A stretch of DNA of 64,000 nucleotides from Phyllobates terribilis (lineage: Eukaryota), in assembly GCF_046119375.1 (NCBI RefSeq), contig NW_027362769.1, positions 174,034,001 through 174,098,000 on the forward strand, read 5' to 3'. The first letter of the stretch is position 1. Every line of letters starts with the position of its first letter. Below the pieces are notes generated by a model. The model saw only the letters and a program-made list of their open reading frames with translations. It ran no database searches and was not told the origin of the DNA. Positions 52,906 to 64,000 of the stretch are shown in pieces. Made by a program: the position numbers and the translations under genes.

Positions 52906-55900
52906 TTACACAGTCAGGGAGGGAATGTTCTTGACGGCGGCCCGGGGGTCATTTTTGTGCATCATAAAATGACCTTGCACTTGGGCGGCACTGATCTGCT
53001 CCAAGGCTCGAAGGGCCGAGTCCGCGAACTCCTCAGCAGCAGAACCGGGCTGATCCGGGTAAAACCTCTGGAACATCTGGGCGAGCTGCCACCGGGTGCA
53101 GTGTCCGATAAACTGCTTGACATCCACCCGGCCTGGTCGGATCAGCGCTGGGTCCAGCCTGCAGAGACAGAAAAGCGTCAGGTCCCACGCACGACTCAAA
53201 TCCAGGCATTTTATACAATTTAACAGGACCGATGGTGCACGACCTGGGATCATTGCAAATGGACCGATGGGGATCAATGAAGCGGCACCTGGAGCAGTGG
53301 GAAATATATTTAAAGGGAACAGTCAGCAATATTTTGATTAGGGAACCAGATGTACTTCATCCGCTGACCAAGGAAGAGCAGCGAATGTGCAAGAATTAAA
53401 ATTGTTGCACGCTGATTCCATCCGAAACTTCCTCTGCTTCACTTCCCAAAAAAGTTGCCTTTAATTAAGTTCCCTTACTGCTCTGTGCTTTGTTAAAGTG
53501 CCCCCCACCCCCACACTAAACAGATTTGGTCCATTGATGGAGCAGCATGCAACGAGACTCAATCTGCAGCCTCCATGTAGCAACTCTGCACTTGCGCCAC
53601 TTTCCCTTGTCATGAGCCAGGTTTGCTGCACATTTAGAAAAATAGTGAGAAAGTGGACAATCCCTTTAAAATTCCAGAATATTCCCTTTAAGGGGGTAGC
53701 TAATTACTTCTGCATGGGTGAAAATCTCCTTGCTGGGACCCGCACCGATCACCAGAGCGGAGCACATGCTCCTCCGCGGCTGCATTCATTCTCTATGGCG
53801 GAGAGCAGCGCTCGGTGCAGTGAACCAGTACCAAAAAAGAACTAGATTTCCTAGAAGGCACATCCGTGAAGGTTTTGTATGTTGATGCCTTCCAAGTGGT
53901 AGCAGAACTCTGAATGCAGCTCTGCAAGTGATTACATGTATAAAACAATGTAGCACAAGGTCAGTAAAAGACAAGAAAAAAAAAAGCAAAAGGATCTGCA
54001 AATGCAGATGATTAAGTGCACTGAACCGACTGATACATTGTAACTAACTATCAGAGAGAGGCGTATGCTCATGCATTTTAGTCTTATGGATTTTCCAGAC
54101 TGCATACAATAGTAACAAACCCTCAGCTGTGAGAAATGTTAGGCTGGAATAAACGATCAGCCTCTAAGTATGTTCCTATTCGCTGGCAGCAAGCAGAGAT
54201 TTTACAAATGGTGTGTTTAGAAACCACAACAAAGTATATGAGGGACATTTCACTATCACACCTGTCAATGTGATTAGTTGTCATAAACACGATGCGAGCC
54301 TCAGTGGAAGCGACGCCGTCCAGAGCGTTCAACAGACCGCTGAACGTCAACCGGCCGAAGCCCTGATAGGCGGCGGGATCTGAAAGAGAAGAGATACGGA
54401 AATAATCTGCAGCCCCCGACGTAGGAAAAACGGACAGTGCATGAGGAACAGTCAGGAACGTATCTAGCAGCCAGCTTACTGACTGTCACCAAAAACAGCT
54501 AGCAGAACTGTGATTACAGCTCCAGGACTAGTACACAGTGACTGCACCAGCAGAATAGGGAGTGCAGCTCTGGAGTATAATACAGGATGTAACTCAGGAT
54601 CAGTAATGTAATGTATGTACACAGTGACTGCACAAGCAGAATAGTGAGTGCAGCTCTGGAGTATAATACAGGAGGTAACTCAGGATCAGTAATGTGTGTA
54701 CACAGTGACTGCACCAGCAGAATAGTGAGTGCAGCTCTGAAGTATAATACAGGATATAACTCAGGATCAGTGGTATGTACACAGTGACTGCACCAGCAGA
54801 ATAGTGAGTGCAGCTCTGAAGTATAATACAGGATGTAACTCAGGGTCAGTAATGTAATATATGTACACAGTGACTGTGCCATTTGCACACATTATGTAAT
54901 GTGTTGTTATATGACACAGGAGAATGTAGGTAACAATATGATATACAAGTCCTGGACACTTACTCTGCTTGGCCAGATCTCGACTAACAAAAGCAGCGTC
55001 CACGTCCTCTAGCAGGATGATGCTCTGCTGCGGAGCGACGCTCAGCAGGTGATTGAGGCGATCGTCTGAGAGGCTGTTGTCGCTCAGGCTCATTAGACAG
55101 ATGCTATACTCCAGCTCCCCGGCTAGAGCTGTGCTGAAAGAACATAGAGACAGCGGCGTCCATGACACAATGTAACCAGGGAGCAAAACAGAGAACTTTC
55201 CAAACGTCATCCCCTGAAATAACGACCCCCTGTCCTGCGGTCACCAGTACGTCACATCCATAATCCCAACCTATTAGTCACAATTGTACTTACATAAAAC
55301 TGCTCTTCCCACATCCAGGCGGCCCATACAGGAGATATCCGCGTCTGTACGGGATCCCTGAGATTTATAGTAAGGTGATAGGAAAACATGACAATAGAAT
55401 TTCCCAGATTCACTGACACAATGTGATCTCCCCAATCTCGGAGTATCGGGTACTCGCCTCGGTCGCTGTACCACTTGGGATTGTCGATAAATCCTTTCAC
55501 ATCCTGAACAATCTTATCAGAAATCCCTTCTTCTAGCACCACAGAGGTCAGGGGGCGTCTGCGCCTTGGGAAACCAAATGGTCGCCATTCAGCACCCAGA
55601 GCCGTGTACATGATCGTCTTCCCCTCCTGCTGACGAAGAGCAAGTTCTCTAGCTACAAAATAAAATTACAAGGACAGAAGTAAACCCGTATTCTACACGA
55701 GGCTGTAATATTCTTATACTAGTACAAGCAGTTTCTGGTAGTGAAATCTTTAATCACGTAGGGGGCAGTATTATAGTAGTTATATTCTTGTACATAGGGG
55801 CAGTATTATAGTAGTTATATTCTTGTACATAGGGGCAGTATTATAGTAGTTATATTCTTGTATATAGGGGGCAGTATTATAGTAGTTATATTCTTGTACA

Positions 55901-58783
55901 TAGGGACCATTATTATAGTAGTTATATTCTTGTACATAGGGGCAGTATTATAGTAGTTATATTCTTGTACATAGGAGCAGTATTATAGTAGTTATATTCT
56001 TGTACATAGGGGCAGTATTATAGTAGTTATATTCTTGTACATAGGAGCAGTATTATAGTAGTTATATTCTTGTACATAGGGGCAGTATTATAGTAGTTAT
56101 ATTCTTGTATATAGGGGGCAGTATTATAGTAGTTATATTCTTGTACATAGGGACCATTATTATAGTAGTTATATTCTTGTACATGGGAGCAGTATTATAG
56201 TAGTTATATTCTTGTATATAGGGGACAGTATTATAGTAGTTATATTCTTGTACATAGTGTGCAGTATTATAGTAGTCATATTCTTGTACATAGGGGGCAG
56301 TATTATAGTAGTCATATTCTTGTACATAGGGGACAGTATTATAGTAGTCATATTCTTGTACATAGTGTGCAGTATTATAGTAGTCATATTCTTGTACATG
56401 GGAGCAGTATTATAGTAGTTATATTCTTGTACATAGGGGACAGTATTATAGTAGTTATATTCTTGTACATAGTGTGCAGTATTATAGTAGTCATATTCTT
56501 GTACATAGGAGCAGTATTATAGTAGTCATATTCTTGTACATAGTGTGCAGTATTATAGTAGTCATATTCTTGTACATAGGGGACAGTATTATAGTAGTCA
56601 TATTCTTGTACATAGGGGGCAGTATTATAGTAGTTATATTCTTGTACATAGTGTGCAGTATTATAGTAGTCATATTCTTGTACATAGGAGCAGTATTATA
56701 GTAGTCATATTCTTGTACATAGTGTGCAGTATTATAGTAGTCATATTCTTGTACATAGGGGACAGTATTATAGTAGTCATATTCTTGTACATAGGGGGCA
56801 GTATTATAGTAGTCATATTCTTGTACATAGGGGGCAGTATTATAGTAGTCATATTCTTGTACATAGGGGGCAGTATTATAGTAGTTATATTCTTGTACAT
56901 AGGGACCATTATTATAGTAGTTATATTCTTGTACATGGGAGCAGTATTATAGTAGTTATATTCTTGTACATAGGGGACAGTATTATAGTAGTTATATTCT
57001 GGTACATAGGAGCAGTATTATAGTAGTCATATTCTTGTACATAGTGTGCAGTATTATAGTAGTCATATTCTTGTACATAGGGGGCAGTATTATAGTAGTC
57101 ATTCTTGTACATAGGGGGCAGTATTATAGTAGTCATATTCTTGTACATAGGGGGCAGTATTATAGTAGTCATATTCTTGTACATAGGGGGCAGTATTATA
57201 GTAGTCATATTCTTGTACATAGGGGGCAGTATTATAGTAGTCATATTCTTGTACATAGGGGGCAGTATTATAGTAGTCATATTCTTGTACATAGGGGGCA
57301 GTATTATAGTAGTCATATTCTTGTACATAGTGTGCAGTATTATAGTAGTCATATTCTTGTACATAGGGGGCAGTATTATAGTAGTCATATTCTTGTACAT
57401 AGGGGGCAGTATTATAGTAGTTATATTCTTGTACATAGGAGCAGTATTATAGTAGTTATATTCTTGTACATAGAGGCAGTATTATAGTAGTTATATTCTT
57501 GTACATAGGGGGCAGTATTATAGTAGTTATATTCTTGTACATAGGGGACAGTATTATAGTAGTTATATTCTTGTACATAGTGTGCAGTATTATAGTAGTC
57601 ATATTCTTGTACATAGGAGCAGTATTATAGTAGTTATATTCTTGTACATAGGGGGCAGTATTATAGTAGTTATATTCTTGTACATAGGAGCAGTATTATA
57701 GTAGTTATATTCTTGTACATAGGGGGCAGTATTATAGTAGTTATATTCTTGTACATAGGAGCAGTATTATAGTAGTTATATTCTTGTACATAGGAGCAGT
57801 ATTATAGTAGTTATATTCTTGTACATAGTGTGCAGTATTATAGTAGTCATATTCTTGTACATAGGAGCAGTATTATAGTAGTTATATTCTTGTACATAGG
57901 GGGCAGTATTATAGTAGTTATATTCTTGTACATAGGAGCAGTATTATAGTAGTTATATTCTTGTACATAGGAGCAGTATTATAGTAGTTATATTCTTGTA
58001 CATAGGAGCAGTATTATAGTAGTTATATTCTTGTATATAGCAGCAGTATTCTAGTAGTTCTATGCTTGTACATAGGTATCATAGCTTTATTATATCAGAC
58101 TCCTTTTTTTTTTTATACCTTCTTGTAGTATATTGAAGAAAATGTCCCTATTGGTCCCTATTGCAGTAAAGGTAACAGACTCCCAGGGGGTGCCTGTGTG
58201 TAAGTCAATCATCTGTTTCTCACGATTTCTCTCTATGCGAATCCACTTATTTCGGTACCTTAAGATAAAGACATATTGAGACATTTTAGAATTCCTGTCT
58301 GGACATGTTGCAGCAGTTGATTAATCATTTTTTGAGTATTTATAGATTTTTAGCCTTTTCTGTCTCATTAGCACTTTATTCGCTTCCTCTGGACATATTG
58401 GTTGACAATAACTACAGCCGCCATTACATTATCTTCATAATAAACCTGTCAGGTGGCACCTACCAAATGAAGTGATTTCCAGGACTGGGCACAAAGTCAA
58501 ATTTAGTGCTGACCCGGCCGCTCTCGTGCTGCAGATACGACGTTTCCACGCTCAGGTGTTGCGTGCGTTTTGCGTGATGAGAGATCCAGCTCAGCAGCCA
58601 ATGGTAGCTCTTATCTTTACTGGGGACCTCCAGCGTGATCATGTAATGCCTCCTGAAGGCCACCATTCCTAGCTGGGCACCTTTACGAGCTAATGCCAAA
58701 GCTGTGCCCACACCAACCAGACCGAACCCAGCACCAAAGTAAGGGTTATCCTTCAGCGCCGCCAGGAAATCTGATAGCGGCAT
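52906..58783 (-). CDS. BCS1L: Mitochondrial chaperone BCS1 (AAA ATPase, complex III assembly), 7 coding exons, 419 aa
   Basis: Exons (minus) 58783-58464, 58258-58119, 55652-55458, 55357-55294, 55133-54964, 54379-54262, 53158-52906 = 320/140/195/64/170/118/253 nt, 1260 nt total. N-terminus [22 protein letters not shown], Walker [10 protein letters not shown], Walker [30 protein letters not shown]. The intron at 55358-55457 has a GC donor. Confidence 0.97.
54527..54876 (-). repeat. 86-bp satellite, about 4 units, BCS1L intron 5 (reverse complement of 11841-13000)
   Basis: GTACACAGTGACTGCACCAGCAGAATAGTGAGTGCAGCTCTGGAGTATAATAC repeats. Confidence 0.93.
55759..58077. repeat. 35-36-bp satellite (GGGGCAGTATTATAGTAGTTATATTCTTGTACATA) filling BCS1L coding intron 2
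   Basis: Directly visible, about 65 units. Confidence 0.97.
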
Positions 58784-60308
58784 TGTGACAGGTGACGAAG
58801 CTGATGGGAGTTACAATTCTCTTCTCTGCTTCATTCTGTCAAGATAACGGGAGAAAAGGGTCAGCATTACAGTAGGAGAAAAAAATAAACTTCCTGATAT
58901 AGTCTCTACCAAGTTCTGCATTAGTCAAGACCCCAGTGTCATTGGGTCCACGGTGCTTCTTTGTCAAATGATCGTGGCAAGTGACTTAATATCGGCTGGC
59001 AGACGGACGTCACATAAGATCTCGTCAATAGCGAACCAAGTGCACTGAGATTTTGGAAAAATACAGGACATGTGGGGTATCTAGAGAAACAGAAGAATTG
59101 GAATGAAGAATTTCACATCTTTTATTTTCTAAAATGTAAGCCAACCCCTTTAAAAACTCACTTTCTCACTTTAAAGTGGATTTCTACAGTAGACTTAATA
59201 TATGTGCCGTATTTTAATGAAATCATTTCATCCAGAATACGCCGAAAATACACCACAAAGGAAGGGCACCCACTCAGGATCCTGCATCGCCAGCAGCGGT
59301 TGTCAGCTGACACCGGACTGCAACAGCCCGAATCAGAGTTAGCTCCCATCCCGGCAGTGTAACCCCAGAAATGCTGCGGTCAATTGCTGCTGCGGCATCT
59401 AAGGGGTTTGATAGAGGGAGAAGGATCGGTCGGTCGTGCCCCTGAGATTGGGCAGTGGGGTGCTGATGGCTTGCCAGGTCAGTAGGGACTGAATGTGGCC
59501 CCTGAGTTTGCCATGGACATTAGCCCATCAGGCCCGGCAGTGGGGTAACACATTGCACTCTACAAGTACGTAAACCACCTCATAAACAAGACTAATCTAA
59601 ACTGCAAAAAGAGTAAAAATGTCTAAAAAATGCTTCATTATAGGACCCAAAAAAAAGAATAGTAAAAACAAGTACTTATAACAAGTGCTATAAATTACAC
59701 CACATGGCGAACGCTGTACGGCTGCGTGCACACAGGGCGCATTTCATGCAGATTTTCTGCACATTTTTCATCCAGGACAGCAATGTGGAAAGGATGTTAC
59801 AACTGTCTAGGTAGAATCTGCTGCATCCTGCAATGCAGATGGTAGATAACCCTCATGACCACAGGTATAATAAAAAAGTCTAAAAACACTGAGAGAATAG
59901 CAGTTTATATTCATCACGTCACCTGCAAAAAAAAAAAAAAAAAAAATCAAAATGCCATATAGACCCCAAACTGGTAGCGGGAAAACAGATGAACACAGTA
60001 TCTCAAATAAACAGTCGCTCATCTGGCTCCAAAAAAAGAAAAAAAATGTTATAGACTTAAAAAAATACTTAATTCATGAAAGAAGCTAAATAAAAAAATA
60101 TATATATATGTATAAAAAAAAAAGTCCCCCAAAAAGTCATTTTACATCCTTAATGGGTTAAAATAAACTAATTGCCATGGAAACAGCGCTGTAAATGTTA
60201 CAAATAGCAACAATTTGTATCTAATTAAAGTGCAGTCCCCAGAAAACATGGCTGCGCCCCTCCAGCCTAGTACATGACTTCACCTCTCTCTGGCCAGTGC
60301 GGCATCAC

Positions 60309-60700
60309 CTGTGTCCGGGGAGAGGCCGGATCCCGCCTGCAGAGGTCACAGCTCCGTCTCTGCTCCAGCGTGACGTGTCCACCGCTTCCTGCTCGGTGCG
60401 TTCCACGCCTCTTTTGAATTTTTCATCTGCGTTCCACGCCTCTCTAAGATGATTTCGCCCTAATCCAATGGTATGCGTCACTTCCTCTGCGTTTCACACA
60501 GCTTTTCCGGTTGCGTTCCAACACTTCTGTCTTCTCCGGTGTCAGAGGAACAGAGGAGACCGGGGAATAAAAACTGTAGGCAAAAAAAAAAAAAATCTGA
60601 AGACTCCTATAGACTGTGGCATCAACCGGAACCGTGAGAGCAGAAACTAAACGTGGAGCAAAGATGTCCAGAGGCCTCCAGAGACCAGGTACAGATGGTT
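60309..60700. promoter_or_regulatory. Probable bidirectional promoter with the non-coding first exon of BCS1L (minus) and the first exon of a plus-strand gene
   Basis: CpG-rich unique DNA between two satellites. Minus-strand donor CAG/GTGATG at 60309/60308; BCS1L acceptor before 58800. TGACGTG at 60371, CCAAT at 60465-60469, ETS-like ACTTCCT and TTCCGG; plus-strand donor CCAG/GTACAG near 60688. In mammals ZNF142 is head-to-head with BCS1L, but no ZNF142 coding sequence is visible here. Confidence 0.6.
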
Positions 60701-60830
60701 ACCCGGGTAACAGCGAGAGCTCAGCTGTCTGTGAGGAAACCCGGGACAGACTTGTTATATACAGCATAGGATATATATATTATACCAGACATACCAGGGC
60801 AGACATGTAATAATATCTGTAATATCATAC

Positions 60831-63800
60831 CCCCATGTACAAGAATATAACTACTATAATACTGCCCCTATGTACAGGAATATAACTACTATAATACTGC
60901 CCCCTATGTACAAGAATATAACTACTATAATACTGCCCCTATATAGAAGAATATAACTACTATAATACTGCCCCCTATGTACAAGAATATAACTACTATA
61001 ATACTGCTCCTATATAGAAGAATATAACTACTATAATACTGCCCCTTATGTACAAGAATATAACTACTATAATACTGCTCCCTATGTACAAGAATATAAC
61101 TACTATAATACTGCTCCTATGTACAAGAATATAACTACTATAATACTGCCTCCTATGTACAAGAATATAACTACTATAATACTACTCCTATGTACAAGAA
61201 TATAACTACTATAATACTGCCCCTATGTACAAGAATATAACTATTATAATACTGCCTCCTATGTACAAGAATATAACTACTATAATACTGCTCCTATGTA
61301 CAAGAATATAACTACTATAATACTGCCTCCTATGTACAAGAATATAACTACTATAATACTACTCCTATGTACAAGAATATAACTACTATAATACTGCCCC
61401 TTATGTACAAGAATATAACTACTATAATACTGCTCCCTATGTACAAGAATATAACTACTATAATACTGCCCCTATGTACAGGAATATAACTACTATAATA
61501 CTGCCCCTATGTACAAGAATATAACTACTATAATACTGCCCCCTATGTACAAGAATATAACTACTATAATACTGCTCCTATGTACAAGAATATAACTACC
61601 ATAATACTGCTCCTATGTACAAGAATATAACTACTATAATACTGCTCCTATGTACAAGAATATAACTACTATAATACTGCTCCTATGTACAAGAATATAA
61701 CTACTATAATACTGCTCCTATATACAAGAATATAACTAATATAATACAGCCCCTATGTACAAGAATATAACTACTATAATATTGCCCCCTATGTACAAGA
61801 ATATAACTACTATAATACTGCCCCTATGTACAAGAATATAACTACTATAATACTGCCCCCTATGTACAAGAATATAACTACTATAATACTGCTCCTATGT
61901 ACAAGAATATAACTACTATAATACTGCCCCCTATGTACAAGAATATAACTACTATAATACTGCCCCTATATAGAAGAATATAACTACTATAATACTGCCC
62001 CTTATGTACAAGAATATAACTACTATAATACTGCCCCTATATAGAAGAATATAACTACTATAATACTGCCCCCTATGTACAAGAATATAACTACTATAAT
62101 ACTGCCCCCTATGTACAAGAATATAACTACTATAATACTGCCCCTATATAGAAGAATATAACTACTATAATACTGCCCCTATATAGAAGAATATAACTAC
62201 TATAATACTGCCCCCTATGTACAAGAATATAACTACTATAATACTGCCCCTATATAGAAGAATATAACTACTATAATACTGCCCCCTATGTACAAGAATA
62301 TAACTACTATAATACTGCCCCCTATGTACAAGAATATAACTACTATAATACTGCCCCTATATAGAAGAATATAACTACTATAATACTGCCCCTTATGTAC
62401 AAGAATATAACTACTATAATACTGCTCCCTATGTACAAGAATATAACTACTATAATACTGCTCCTATGTACAAGAATATAACTACTATAATACTGCCTCC
62501 TATGTACAAGAATATAACTACTATAATACTACTCCTATGTACAAGAATATAACTACTATAATACTGCCCCTATGTACAAGAATATAACTATTATAATACT
62601 GCCTCCTATGTACAAGAATATAACTACTATAATACTGCTCCTATGTACAAGAATATAACTACTATAATACTGCCTCCTATGTACAAGAATATAACTACTA
62701 TAATACTACTCCTATGTACAAGAATATAACTACTATAATACTGCCCCTTATGTACAAGAATATAACTACTATAATACTGCTCCCTATGTACAAGAATATA
62801 ACTACTATAATACTGCCCCTATGTACAGGAATATAACTACTATAATACTGCCCCTATGTACAAGAATATAACTACTATAATACTGCCCCCTATGTACAAG
62901 AATATAACTACTATAATACTGCTCCTATGTACAAGAATATAACTACCATAATACTGCTCCTATGTACAAGAATATAACTACTATAATACTGCTCCTATGT
63001 ACAAGAATATAACTACTATAATACTGCTCCTATGTACAAGAATATAACTACTATAATACTGCTCCTATATACAAGAATATAACTAATATAATACAGCCCC
63101 TATGTACAAGAATATAACTACTATAATATTGCCCCCTATGTACAAGAATATAACTACTATAATACTGCCCCTATGTACAAGAATATAACTACTATAATAC
63201 TGCCCCCTATGTACAAGAATATAACTACTATAATACTGCTCCTATGTACAAGAATATAACTACTATAATACTGCCCCCTATGTACAAGAATATAACTACT
63301 ATAATACTGCCCCTATGTACAAGAATATAACTACTATAATACTGCTCCTATGTACAAGAATATAACTACTATAATACTGCTCCTATGTACAAGAATATAA
63401 CTACTATAATACTGCTCCTATGTACAAGAATATAACTACTATAATACTGCCCCCTATGAACAAGAATATAACTACTATAATACTGCCCCCTATGTACAAG
63501 AATATAACTACTATAATACTGTCCCCTATGTACAAGAATATAACTACTATAATACTGTCCCCTATGTACAAGAATATAACTACTAGAATACTGCTCCTAT
63601 GTACAAGAATATAACTACTAGAATACTGCTCCTATGTACAAGAATATAACTACTAGAATACTGCTCCTATGTACAAGAATATAACTACTATAATACTGTC
63701 CCTATGTACAAGAATATAACTACTATAATACTGTCCCTATGTACAAGAATATAACTACTATAATACTGCTCCTATATACAAGAATATAACTACTATAATA

Positions 63801-64000
63801 CTGCTCCCTATATACAAGAATATAACTACTATAATACTGCTCCCTATGTACAATAATATAACCACTATAATACTGCTCCTATGTACAAGAATATAACTAC
63901 TATAATACTGTCCCTATGTACAAGAATATAACTACTATAATACTGTCCCTATGTACAAGAATATAACTACTATAATACTGTCCCTATGTACAAGAATATA
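60831..64000. repeat. 35-36-bp satellite in the opposite orientation (TATGTACAAGAATATAACTACTATAATACTGCCCC), runs off the window end
   Basis: Reverse complement of the 55759-58077 unit; about 90 units visible. Confidence 0.97.

Noticed and set aside
56169-57487. Repetitive ORFs ([24 protein letters not shown]) here, near 63420, and in the 86-bp and G-rich arrays
   Set aside because: Translation artefacts of tandem satellites.
60480-60830. Calling the plus-strand gene ZNF142
   Set aside because: Based only on mammalian synteny; no coding sequence is visible in the window.

Overview
Eukaryotic (vertebrate) genomic DNA, almost certainly a frog; the satellite and TE repertoire suggests a hyloid anuran (inference). 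It holds three complete spliced genes whose exons I rebuilt by hand with consistent phases: a CYP27A1-type mitochondrial P450 (+, 9 exons, 511 aa), CATIP/C2orf62 (+, 9 coding exons, 366 aa) and BCS1L (-, 7 coding exons, 419 aa, one GC-AG intron). A probable bidirectional promoter lies near 60.3-60.7 kb. The rest is dense repeat DNA: a decayed Tf1/sushi-type chromovirus with nested insertions, an internally deleted Gypsy element with a perfect tRNA-Ser primer site, two solo LTRs, several Tc1-like transposons (one intact DD34E ORF, one DD38E), MITEs and many tandem arrays. The most intriguing signal is that some tandem arrays look like transcription-factor site arrays matched to the neighbouring gene. 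A 17-bp array of RFX X-box-like units sits just upstream of the likely promoter of the ciliary gene CATIP, and a 33-bp array of DR4-like nuclear-receptor sites sits in intron 1 of the sterol hydroxylase. These regulatory readings are inferences from motifs only.
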